Shown one piece after another: positions 9,678-18,452 of a stretch of 64,000 bases of DNA. Origin of the DNA: an uncultured delta proteobacterium (GTDB lineage: Bacteria > Desulfobacterota > Binatia > UBA9968); assembly GCA_963727625.1 (NCBI GenBank), contig CAVSHR010000007.1, positions 143,878 to 207,877 on the forward strand. Reading direction: 5' to 3'. The translations under genes and the position numbers were made by a program. A model generated the notes under the pieces. The model worked only from the letters and a program-made list of their open reading frames with translations. It did no database searches and was not told the origin of the DNA. How positions within the stretch are numbered: the first letter of the stretch is position 1; each line of letters opens with the position of its first letter.

Positions 9678-9699
9678 TATTGCCTAATGCCTATTGCCT
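9678..9699 (-). repeat. Right heptamer array (inverted) flanking the four-helix-bundle gene
   Basis: t attgcct aatgcct attgcct = reverse complement aggcaat aggcatt aggcaat a. Confidence 0.8.
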
Positions 9700-9716
9700 G
9701 CTAAAGGAGTCCTCCC

Positions 9717-10420
9717 ATGATCGATCTTTACTACTGGACCACGCCGAACGGGCATAAGATCACGATCTTCTTGGAAGAGACGGGTCTGCCTTACAATATT
9801 AAGCCTGTTAATATCGGGAAGGGCGAACAGTTCAAGCCGGAGTTTCTAAAAATCTCGCCGAATAATCGGATTCCGGCGATCGTCGATAACGACCCCGGCG
9901 ACGGCGGCGGACCGCTAAGCGTTTTCGAATCCGGAGCGATTCTGGAATATCTCGCTTTGAAAACCGGCAAGTTCTTGCCGAGCGAACTGTGCGCGGGCGC
10001 GCGGAAGTCATGCAATGGCTGTTCTGGCAGATGGGCGGGCTCGGGCCGATGCTCGGGCAGAATCATCACTTCCGCGGTTATGCGGCGGAAAAAATAACTT
10101 ACGCCATCGAACGCTACACCAAAGAGACCGAGCGGCTCTACGGCGTGCTCGACGAGCGTTTGGCCGATCGCGAGTTTGTCGCCGGCGCCTACTACACGAT
10201 CGCCGACATGGCCTGCTACCCGTGGATCGTGCTGCACGAACGCCAGGGACAGGATTTGAACGACTTCCCCAACATCAAGCGCTGGTTCGAGACGATTCAT
10301 CAGCGCCCCGCGGTGGAGCGCGCTTACGCGATCGCGCGCCGGGTCAATCCGGATAGCCGCGGCATGACCGAAGAGGCGAAGAAAATACTATTTGGACAGG
10401 GCCGACGAGCAAAGACTTAA
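9717..10420 (+). pseudogene. yfcG: GST-family disulfide-bond oxidoreductase (YfcG/YghU-like), frameshifted near 9990
   Basis: N-half [10 protein letters not shown]...[10 protein letters not shown]...FESGAIL and C-half [20 protein letters not shown] are in different frames; extra TG in GAACTGTGCGCGGG; may be a sequencing error. Confidence 0.85.
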
Positions 10421-10620
10421 AGGCGTGAACAATGAATTTTTTCAAGCCGTTCAAGTCGTTCTATCTGCCCTTCCATCACGGGGTCACTTGTAGCCTTTAA
10501 CCTGCGCTGTGCGGACATTTCCGACACCTCAATAGGATTTCCCCTACTACGTTTTCCAGACGCGCCGGCTTTGCTTGAGCTTTTTCCAGAACTTCCGGCG
10601 AACGGAAAACTCCACCTCTT

Positions 10621-10636
10621 CGGTACGAGAGTTGCT
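10621..10636 (+). promoter_or_regulatory. Possible sigma-54 (-24/-12) promoter
   Basis: CGGTACGAGAGTTGCT = GG-N10-GC, close to the TGGCACG-N4-TTGCW consensus; about 110 bp upstream of the 10747 CDS. Confidence 0.45.
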
Positions 10637-10746
10637 ATAGCATCTTGGCGCGGTGGCATTGCACTAAAACAATGGCTCGGTGGTAACGCGCCGCCAGCGC
10701 TTGTCGACCGACGGCTTGAAAATGGCGGTGGCGGAGGAGGCGACTC

Positions 10747-11187
10747 ATGGCGGAGAAAAAACAGCCGGCCAATCGTGACTATAGGGTCGATCGTTTCTCG
10801 CCGGAAGAGACCCAACTATTTCGCCAGCCCGATGCTCTGTGCTGTGATGAATATCTGCACGTTTATCAGGCCAGACCGGTGGAGACTCCGGAAAGGCGCT
10901 TGCTAGCGGCGATCCTGCGCGATGCGATCGATTGCTACCTGCGCGATTGTTGTACGGAAAACCGCCACAAAAAGAGCAGCTTCCGTGAAGCCGAGGAGTG
11001 GTTTTTCAGCACCGACGATTACGACGTTTTCAGCGTCGAAAACATCTGCAGCGTTCTCAGCATCAACCCGGGCTATGTTCGAAGGAGCCTGTTGAGCTAT
11101 CAACAGAAACACCGAATCCCCGCCGATTCCCAAGCGGAAAAAGCCCGCGAGGAGTCGGCCGCGGGCCATTTGCGGCTGGCCTCATGA
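10747..11187 (+). CDS. Conserved hypothetical protein (ERRLLAAILRDAIDC...EAEEWF...FSVENICSVL type)
   Basis: Strong GGAGG RBS, plausible composition; no recognised function. Confidence 0.75.
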   Translation: MAEKKQPANRDYRVDRFSPEETQLFRQPDALCCDEYLHVYQARPVETPERRLLAAILRDAIDCYLRDCCTENRHKKSSFREAEEWFFSTDDYDVFSVENICSVLSINPGYVRRSLLSYQQKHRIPADSQAEKAREESAAGHLRLAS

Positions 11188-11513
11188 TGTAAGCTGCGCT
11201 CGACGCTTGTCTCTCAACGACGTCGGTCTAACGCGAAACGCTCCTTTCGGTCTGCTTAGCTGCCGGCCGGGTCGATCCCGATCGGTTTTCCCCTCCCTTG
11301 TCTGTCGCCGCGTCAAGTCCATTGGCCTGCGGTTTGTGATTTGAGTGAATGTCTAGGATATTCGTTCCAGCTCAGAACTGTTTTGCGATTTTTTTCCGTG
11401 TAAAAACGCAGCGAATGGTGGTTTCCCGGCTCTGTGTTCCTATAGATTGCAGTGCCTTTGACAAGCGACGCTGACCGATCGCAATATTCGGCGATGGATT
11501 TGAACTCCAACCA

Positions 11514-11627
11514 AGACGCTTCGACGGCAGCTATCGCTGGTTTCTCTTTCGCGCCGTGCCGGCGCGGGACGGCGCAGGCAAGCTGATCCGTTGGTATGGA
11601 ACCAACGCCGACATCGAAGACCTCAAA
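11514..11627 (+). pseudogene. PAS/PAC-domain fragment of a sensor protein
   Basis: RRFDGSYRWFLFRAVPARDGAGKLIRWYGTNADIEDLK is a classic PAC motif; no start or stop context. Confidence 0.75.
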
Positions 11628-11828
11628 TTCTTCCACGGTAATGCCTGCACCCTGGATCAGGGCACGGAGCGTTCCTCTGTCGCGCTCTCGATGATCGGGC
11701 ACCGACAGATGACGGCGGTTTGGATGGTACAGGATGATGTGGCTTCCCTTTTGCCGGTGGAAGATAAAACCGACTTTCCCAAAAACTTTGACCGCGTCGC
11801 GGCCGGAGATGACAGAGTAGCGTGGCCG
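11620..11828 (-). pseudogene. hicA: HicA-family mRNA interferase lacking a start codon and its native stop
   Basis: In frame: RPRYSVISGRDAVKVFGKVGFIFHRQKGSHIILYHPNRRHLSVPDH...GTLRALIQGAGITVEEF (GSH motif). Confidence 0.8.
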
Positions 11829-12044
11829 TCAAGCGGCGACGCTGATCTCGACGATATCGGCGGACGGAATGGGTAGATTTTGCGCTCGACGTACTCCGAT
11901 AATGCCTTCGATCGCTTCCCGGATATTTTTAAGCGCCTTTTCCCGGGTCTTACCTTGAGAGACGCAGCCCGGAAGCGTAGGGCATTCGGCCACAATATAG
12001 CCGTCTTCCCCGGCGCTCAACGTAACGATATACGTCTTTTCCAT
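11829..12044 (-). CDS. hicB: HicB-family antitoxin (short, UPF0150-like)
   Basis: EDGYIVAECPTLPGCVSQGKTREKALKNIREAI. Confidence 0.9.
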   Translation of the reverse strand: MEKTYIVTLSAGEDGYIVAECPTLPGCVSQGKTREKALKNIREAIEGIIGVRRAQNLPIPSADIVEISVAA

Positions 12045-12110
12045 AGCAGCAGGATCCTAACATTTTCCGTGTTTTAATGAGAATAGGTTCTTTCAAATCA
12101 CGGCATGACG

Positions 12111-12312
12111 CGCATCGCCACGGTTTAGCAACGCATGCCAGCTGACCTCGTGCGCAGGCAATCCGCTGAAGATTCTCAAACCGCCGGTCGAGATCCCGGG
12201 ATTCACCATGCGCCAGGGCTGGCATGAGATCCACCGCAACGATCCCGGTCACCGCTGGCTGCGCGGTGCGCTTATCAATGCCGTCGAAGCGCGGCGAAAG
12301 ATCGGTGTTTGA
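12111..12312 (+). repeat. Degenerate 3' end of a LysR-type regulator gene, copy 1 of 3
   Basis: RIATV*QRM...PLKILKPPVEIPGFTMRQGWHEIHRNDPGHRWLR, with an internal stop and a frameshift. Confidence 0.8.
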
Positions 12313-12381
12313 GCCCGCCCCGATTGCACCGACAGAAAGCTAAGCGACAGCCCTCGACCGTTCATAGTCGACTGGGGTGAC
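12310..12381 (-). mobile_element. IS3-family right-end remnant (IR plus transposase C-terminal tail), copy 1
   Basis: 5'-TGAGCCCGCCCCGATTGCACCGACAG end; minus strand encodes VTPVDYERSRAVA*; homologous to 18380-18452. Confidence 0.6.
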
Positions 12382-12519
12382 TCGTACCGCGGGGCGACCG
12401 GAGACAAACTTCCTTCGTAGGAATTGTTTGACGACAAGATCCGCCTATGCCCGATTCTAGACCTAACCCGAGCCCTGTGCGCCAGGCAAATAGTGAATTA
12501 GCAAGCTGCCGTCGAGCGC

Positions 12520-13563
12520 TCACAGCCCGTAAAGGGCCTGGGCGTTGTCGCCGAGGATCTTATCGATCGACGCGGCGGAGATTTTCCCGTCCGCTTTGAG
12601 CTTTCTCAGGGCGTTGATCTCGGAGGCGGTGTCGTCATGGCCGTAGTCGGTACCGATGATCAGATTGTCATCGCCCACGTGTTCCAGAATATAGGGTAGG
12701 TCATCGCTCGTCTGGCAGGCGACGTAGATACGATTGTCCTTGAGCAGCTCTTTGTCCGACCAAGGCTTCCCGCGCCGCCGATAGCCGATCTCCACGTGGT
12801 TCATCACGTAGGGAAGCCACTCGGCGCTGAGCTCGACGAAAGCCCAGCGTAATTCCGGAAATTTTTGCGGCAGACGGCTGCCGATGACACTGGCGAAGAG
12901 ATTGATCGGGCCGAACTTGAATTGGGCGAGGCTGGCGCCGCGTCCGAAGATGTCGAACATCTCCAAGTTGCCCTGCGAGGCATGCACGCAGAGGGGCATC
13001 CCCAGTCGGCTCGCCTCCTCGTACACGGGGAAAAAATATGGGTCCGTCGGCAGCTTTTCCCCTTCGACGCCCCGGATAAAAACACCGCAGGCGCCGTTCT
13101 TTTTGCCGAAGTTCAACTCTTCGATGGCCTTGTCGATGTAGTGCAGCGGTGGAATAACGACCCAGCGCAATCGACCCTTGCCGTCTTTCCAGATATCCGC
13201 GAGCCAGCGGTTGTAGCTCTTGCATAGCGCCGCGTCCACGTGCGCCAGGGGCGTCAGAGTGCGAAGAAACAGACTTGGGTAAAGAACCTGACAGTCCACT
13301 CCGAGATCGTCCATGTGGGCAAGGCGGGCCTCCAGGTCCGCCGCCTCGCGCCGCTCTTTGGCGATGTCAAAACCGATGTTCCCATCCTTGGCGAAAACCC
13401 GACCGCCGATCATCCAGTATTCGCTTGCCCTCTGCTCGGAAGGCTTCTGTTCCGGGTCTTTGAACACCATGACGCAGGGCGCAAAGGATCTCTCGCCTGC
13501 ATCCATGTAATCCCAGGTTCGCTCCCACTCGACGACATGCGCGTCGGCATCGATCACGGCCAT
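12520..13563 (-). CDS. Amidohydrolase family 2 protein
   Basis: MAVIDADAHV, YNRWLAD, VHA, GTDYGHDD; start taken at ATG 13563. Confidence 0.92.
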   Translation of the reverse strand: MAVIDADAHVVEWERTWDYMDAGERSFAPCVMVFKDPEQKPSEQRASEYWMIGGRVFAKDGNIGFDIAKERREAADLEARLAHMDDLGVDCQVLYPSLFLRTLTPLAHVDAALCKSYNRWLADIWKDGKGRLRWVVIPPLHYIDKAIEELNFGKKNGACGVFIRGVEGEKLPTDPYFFPVYEEASRLGMPLCVHASQGNLEMFDIFGRGASLAQFKFGPINLFASVIGSRLPQKFPELRWAFVELSAEWLPYVMNHVEIGYRRRGKPWSDKELLKDNRIYVACQTSDDLPYILEHVGDDNLIIGTDYGHDDTASEINALRKLKADGKISAASIDKILGDNAQALYGL

Positions 13564-13776
13564 CGGCTCAATCCTTCTTTCCGGTGAATTTAGCACTACT
13601 GTTAGGGCGGCGCGCCTCGCGCTGTCAAGAGGGAGTGCGCCTTGTGTGAATGAGTATCGCGGCGACTCCCGGCATCCAGGGACTGCTTGCCGACGCTCCC
13701 CAAGCTGGACAGATTGCACCCGACGGCGCCGTTTTGCTAGGTTGGGGGCTCCCGTTGGTCCCGAGAAGAGCGCATC

Positions 13777-15792
13777 ATGCGGTCGCGGCGAAAATCAAAA
13801 GGTTCAAACCAAAGGGCGGCAAGAAAAACTTCCTTTCTCGTGGAAGAGGCGACGATTGCCGGAGTGCACCGGGCGTTTCGCGCAAAGAAGCTCACGGCGA
13901 CGGAACTCGTGCAGCTCTATCTCCAACGCATCAGGGCCTATAGTGGCGTCTGCGTCCGCGGCGATGTCGATGCCGTCACCGGACTGCAGCTGGGAGACCT
14001 CACGCCGATCCCGAATGCCGGCCAGCTCAATGCCTTCATCACGCTCAATCTGAAGGACGACAAGCGTATCAAGCTCGGTTTCCCCGAAAAACTGAAACGG
14101 ACTCACACCGGGCGCGACGACGCCAAATATCCCGACGCGCTGGATCGGGCGCGGGATCTCGATCGAAATTTCGCCCGCACCGGCAAGTTGGCCGGTCCGC
14201 TCCATGGCATCCCGATCGCGATCAAGGACAACTACGATACTTTCGACATGCGCACGACGGCGGCAGCGGCGGCCGAGTACGCCGACGACCGCCCGCCCGA
14301 CGACGCCGCCATGGTCGCAAAGTTGCGCGCCGCCGGCGCGATCCTGCTCGGCAAGACCAACATGGACGAGTACGCTCCCGCGGGAATTGCCCGCAGCGCC
14401 TTCGGCGGCCAGACCTGCAATCCCTACGATACGACGAGGATTCCCGGGGGATCGAGCGGCGGCTCGGCCGCGGCGGTGGCGGCCAACCTCGCCCTGTGCG
14501 CGCTGGGCACCGACACCTCCGGCTCGGTGCGCTTCCCGTCATCCTGCTGCAGCCTGGTCGGCCTGGTCGCGACCCAAGGGCTGGTGAGCCGCGACGGCAT
14601 CGTGCCGCTGTCGTTTACCCGGGACCGCGGCGGGCCGATCTGCCGCACCGTCGCAGACACGGCGATCCTTCTCGCAGTGCTCGCCGGCTACGATCCCAAA
14701 GATCCGGTCACGGCGGCGTGCAACCCACGGCCGAAGATTTCCTATGCGCGCCATGCCGGTGGAAAATCGCTGCGCGGAAAAAGGCTCGGCGTGCTGCGCG
14801 ATCTTATGATCGAAGCGAGCCTGGCCGATCGGGAAAATATTCGCGTCGCCAACGAAGCGTTCGCCGCCATGAAAAAGGCCGGTGCGACGATCGTCGATCC
14901 GGTGAACGTCGATAAAACCATCGCCGATCTGATTCCCTGTCTCGAGCCCGGCTGGCTAAAGAGAAATTTTCCCGCGGCGTTTCCCGACTCCGCCAAGTCC
15001 ATCGATCGAATCGTGTCGATGGCGTTCGACCACAGCCAGGTTCCCTCTGGCGCCCGCGGCGTGAACCTGCGCCTGCTCGCCGCCCAGCCGCGCGGCCACG
15101 AAGCACACTACGCGATCAACCGATACCTGCGCGAGCGCGGCGACGCCAAGTTCAAAAACCTTGGAGACATGCTCGCCATGCCGATGTTTTCCGGCAATCT
15201 GGACAATCTCAAAAGAGCGTTCAGCGCCGACGCCGAGACTCTGGACACGCCGGCGCAGATCGATCACCTGATACGCATGCAGACCTTGCGGCGGATTATT
15301 CTCCAAGTGATGGCGGAGAATAATCTCGACGCGCTGGTTTACGCCTATACGACGATCCCGCCGCACATCATCTTGACCAACCGCCTGGCGAAAACCGTGC
15401 AGACCCACACCGAGCCGAGAATTCTAAAAGCCGGAACCGTCATGTCCGATCCGACCCTGGTCCCCGGCGAGCCCGTGCTGAAATCCGACCTCGACACCTA
15501 CCGAGGCTCGGGCTCGAGCTTCGCGGTCGGTCTCAGCCCCGAAACCGGCTTCCCCGCCATCGTCGTGCCGGCCGGATTCACCCGAGAAGTCTACGATCGC
15601 GTACCGGACGATAGCGATCCCAACGGAAGCCGGTTGGAAGGGCCGAAAACAGTCGACCTGCCGGTCGCTTTGGAATTGCTCGCCCGTCCCTTCGAGGAAA
15701 CCACACTCTTCGAAATCGCCTCTGCCTTCGAAAGCCTCACACGCCACCGCCGCCCACCGCCGGGATTCGGCGAGCTTGCCGGCGACCGGTGA
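13777..15792 (+). CDS. Amidase-signature family protein
   Basis: LHGIPIAIKD (Lys), GGSSGGS, GTDTSGSVRFP (Ser-cisSer-Lys triad). Confidence 0.92.
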   Translation: MRSRRKSKGSNQRAARKTSFLVEEATIAGVHRAFRAKKLTATELVQLYLQRIRAYSGVCVRGDVDAVTGLQLGDLTPIPNAGQLNAFITLNLKDDKRIKLGFPEKLKRTHTGRDDAKYPDALDRARDLDRNFARTGKLAGPLHGIPIAIKDNYDTFDMRTTAAAAAEYADDRPPDDAAMVAKLRAAGAILLGKTNMDEYAPAGIARSAFGGQTCNPYDTTRIPGGSSGGSAAAVAANLALCALGTDTSGSVRFPSSCCSLVGLVATQGLVSRDGIVPLSFTRDRGGPICRTVADTAILLAVLAGYDPKDPVTAACNPRPKISYARHAGGKSLRGKRLGVLRDLMIEASLADRENIRVANEAFAAMKKAGATIVDPVNVDKTIADLIPCLEPGWLKRNFPAAFPDSAKSIDRIVSMAFDHSQVPSGARGVNLRLLAAQPRGHEAHYAINRYLRERGDAKFKNLGDMLAMPMFSGNLDNLKRAFSADAETLDTPAQIDHLIRMQTLRRIILQVMAENNLDALVYAYTTIPPHIILTNRLAKTVQTHTEPRILKAGTVMSDPTLVPGEPVLKSDLDTYRGSGSSFAVGLSPETGFPAIVVPAGFTREVYDRVPDDSDPNGSRLEGPKTVDLPVALELLARPFEETTLFEIASAFESLTRHRRPPPGFGELAGDR

Positions 15793-15916
15793 CGGTGAAT
15801 GGGCGCCGTTGCCAGTCGCGGTAGACTCCCGCTGGCCACGCCGATGGGATTATCCTCAATGGCGCTTAGGTCGATATCGTTTGAATGACCGTCGCTAGAT
15901 TGTTTAGATATCCAGA

Positions 15917-16144
15917 GTGGCAGCCGAGCTCGTGCGCATGCATCCGCTGAAGATTCTCAAACCGCCGGTCGAGATCGCGTCGCGGGCTTCACCATCTACC
16001 AGGGCTGGCACGAAATCCACCGTAATGACCCCCGTAACCGGTGGCTCCGCGATGCGCTTATCAATGCCGCTAAAGGATAGAAACTGAACGAAGTCCCGCT
16101 CGCAACTGGCGCAATGCCCAATCCGCATAGATAAAATTACTGAA
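15917..16144 (+). repeat. Degenerate LysR 3' end plus downstream sequence, copy 2 of 3
   Basis: AAELVRMHPLKILKPPVEI...GWHEIHRNDPRNRWLRDALINAAKG*, with a 5-bp duplication (tcgcg). Confidence 0.8.
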
Positions 16145-16331
16145 TTTTACGAGAGCTCGCTTGAAGATGCCGTGGAGAAATAAGTCAATTCTCAGGCACG
16201 ACCAGACTTCCTTGTAGATATCCTTTCACGCCGGTCCTAAGGCCACCTGCTCCATTCTGTCGCAAATAACGTCCTTTCGTCCCTAAACTAAGATTTAATA
16301 TTTTTATAAAACAGTATATATATTAGTTTGT

Positions 16332-16391
16332 TATAATATGCTCCCTAATTTATTAAAAATACTTGACTACTATTAGGGAACATATTATATT
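16332..16391 (+). promoter_or_regulatory. higBA sigma-70 promoter with 18-bp inverted-repeat operator
   Basis: TTGACT(16363)-17 nt-TATATT(16386); IR TATAATATGCTCCCTAAT (16332-49) vs ATTAGGGAACATATTATA (16372-89), 17/18 match. Confidence 0.8.
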
Positions 16392-16396
16392 AGGCA

Positions 16397-16690
16397 ATGC
16401 GGATCATCGCGAAGAGGACTCTGCGCGAATTTTGGGAGCGCTGTCCGGACGCTGAAGATCCGCTACTGGCGTGGTATCGCGAAGTCGAAAAGGAAGATTG
16501 GAGCAACCCGTCACAGGTAAAAGACAAGTACAGAAACGCAAGTTTTGTAGGAGATCGCCGCGTTGTGTTCAATATCAAAGGAAATGATTACAGACTCGTT
16601 GTTCGGATCAACTATCCGTACCGGGTGGTTTACGTGCGTTTCGTCGGCACGCATAGAGAATACAATGAGATCGATGTCGAGGAGGTGTGA
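16397..16690 (+). CDS. higB: HigB-family toxin (mRNA interferase)
   Basis: MRIIAKRTLREFW...VVFNIKGNDYRLV...RFVGTHREY. Confidence 0.93.
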   Translation: MRIIAKRTLREFWERCPDAEDPLLAWYREVEKEDWSNPSQVKDKYRNASFVGDRRVVFNIKGNDYRLVVRINYPYRVVYVRFVGTHREYNEIDVEEV

Positions 16691-16691
16691 G

Positions 16692-17921
16692 ATGAGCAAT
16701 ATTCGAGCGATTCGAGCCGAGGCAGATTACGAAGCCGCTCTCGCTCGTATTGATGCCCTTATGGACGCAGAGAGTGGTACCCCTGAGGGTGAAGAACTCG
16801 ATGTGCTTACTGACCTTGTCGAACTCTACGAGGCGAAGCATGTCCCCATGGGATTTCCGACTCCGTCTGGAGCAATCCGGTTTCGTATGGAGCAATCCGG
16901 GCTTTCACCGCGCGATCTTATCCCGTTCATGGGCAGCCGTGCAAAAGTATCCGAAGTGTTGTCCGGCAAGCGCCCACTCACGATGCAAATGGCGCGCGCG
17001 CTCCATGCCAATCTCGGTATTCCCGCTGACGTGTTGTTACAGCAACCAGGCGGGGAGTTGCATTCGGCGCTCGAAGATACCGAATGGCACCGGTTTCCGT
17101 TGGCAGAAATGGCAAAACGTGGGTGGATCGAGAAGCGACGCAATCTTGACTCCCATGCCGAAGAAATTATGCGTGATCTGATTGGTCGGGCCGGAGGCGA
17201 ATATGTTTTGCCTGCAGCGTTCTTCCGGAAGAATGATCAGGCACGTGTCAACGCGAAAACCGATCCATACTCTCTCAAAGCTTGGTGCTGGGAAGTGCTA
17301 GCGCGAGCGAATGCGCATCGGCTGCCTGTCAGCTTTAAACCCGGCACGGTCGATCTCAATTTTCTGCGGAAAGTGGCAATGTTGAGCTGGTCGCAAGACG
17401 GTCCCCGACTCGCACAAGAATTCCTCGCTAATCACCGCATTCATCTCGTGTATCTCGAGCATTTACCACGTACCCACCTCGACGGCGCGGCCCTTCAACT
17501 CGCCGACGGTACACCCGTTATCGGACTGACCTTACGCTATGATCGGCTCGACAACTTCTGGTTCTGCTTGCTGCACGAGCTTGCTCATATCGGCCGCCAC
17601 ATGAATGGGACGAACAATGAAGCATTCATCGATGATCTGAGTCTTCGTGACGTGCAAGGCGCGCGACGTGATCCGCGAGAAGCCGAAGCGGATGAATGGG
17701 CCGAGAATGGGCTCATTCCAGAAGACATTTGGAATACGAGCAAGGTAAAAGACAACCCAACGCCGCTGGCCGTCGTGGAGCTAGCGCAGCGCCTCGGCAT
17801 TCATCCGGCCATCGTTGCCGGTCGCATCCGATACCAGACACGGAACTTTCGCCTGTTGTCCCACTTTGTCGGGACTGGCACGCTACGGAAGCAGTTTTTG
17901 GAGAAGAAAAGCGACGGCTAA
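16692..17921 (+). CDS. higA: HigA antitoxin (HTH) fused to an ImmA/IrrE-type zinc metallopeptidase
   Basis: YEAALARIDALM...VSEVLSGKRPLT HTH; LRYDRLDNFWFCLLHELAH (HExxH), EAEAD; start ATG 16692 after GGAGG. Confidence 0.9.
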   Translation: MSNIRAIRAEADYEAALARIDALMDAESGTPEGEELDVLTDLVELYEAKHVPMGFPTPSGAIRFRMEQSGLSPRDLIPFMGSRAKVSEVLSGKRPLTMQMARALHANLGIPADVLLQQPGGELHSALEDTEWHRFPLAEMAKRGWIEKRRNLDSHAEEIMRDLIGRAGGEYVLPAAFFRKNDQARVNAKTDPYSLKAWCWEVLARANAHRLPVSFKPGTVDLNFLRKVAMLSWSQDGPRLAQEFLANHRIHLVYLEHLPRTHLDGAALQLADGTPVIGLTLRYDRLDNFWFCLLHELAHIGRHMNGTNNEAFIDDLSLRDVQGARRDPREAEADEWAENGLIPEDIWNTSKVKDNPTPLAVVELAQRLGIHPAIVAGRIRYQTRNFRLLSHFVGTGTLRKQFLEKKSDG

Positions 17922-17934
17922 CCCGATGGTATAA

Positions 17935-18180
17935 CGCATCGGGACGGTTCCGTAACGCATGGCGGCCGAGCTCGTGCGCATGCACCCGCTCAAGATTTTC
18001 AAACCGCCGGTCGAGATCCCGGGATTCACCATGTGCCCCGGCTGGCACGAGATCCACCGGAAAGATCCCGGCCACCGCTGGCTGCGCGATGCGCTAGTCG
18101 CTGCCGCCAAAGGAAAGAAACTCAACTAAGTCTCACTCAAAGCTGGCGCCACGCTAAATTCGCTAGGCAAAGTTACTGAA
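17935..18180 (+). repeat. Degenerate LysR 3' end plus downstream sequence, copy 3 of 3
   Basis: RIGTVP*RMAAELVRMHPLKIFKPPVEIPGFTMCPGWHEIHRKDPGHRWLRDALVAAAKGKKLN*. Confidence 0.8.
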
Positions 18181-18379
18181 AGGGCGCCCTGTGGAAAGCG
18201 AGATGGAGGGTCAGTTAGTAGAGTTAGGCAAGTCTGACACCGCTGATTGTGCCTGATATCCTCCGCGAGCTCGCGCGGCATTTCATATCGACCGAACTCA
18301 AGGTCTCCGACAGCATGTATTCGGGAGATTAAGCACATCTCGCAAACTGAAGCGTTCGCGTAGAGTCCAGGGGCCAGGT

Positions 18380-18452
18380 TGAGCTAGCCGCGATTTCACG
18401 GACAGGAAGTTAAAGAACCGCCCTCGACCGTTTATAGTCAACAGGGCTGACA
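18380..18452 (-). mobile_element. IS3-family right-end remnant, copy 2
   Basis: TGAGCTAGCCGCGATTTCACGGACAG end; minus strand encodes VSPVDYKRSRAVL*. Confidence 0.6.

Noticed and set aside
9980-10000. Programmed frameshift in the GST gene
   Set aside because: No slippery sequence; a TG dinucleotide duplication and other indels in the contig point to error or recent mutation
16563-16691. Upstream extensions of ORF-track starts (also 13719, 25517, 56362, 27199, 36010)
   Set aside because: Downstream starts match family N-termini or RBSs; the extensions overlap other genes or promoter regions
12111-18180. CRISPR array or integron attC array
   Set aside because: The repeats are ~200 bp, protein-derived and kilobases apart, with no attC palindromic boxes; no cas or intI gene
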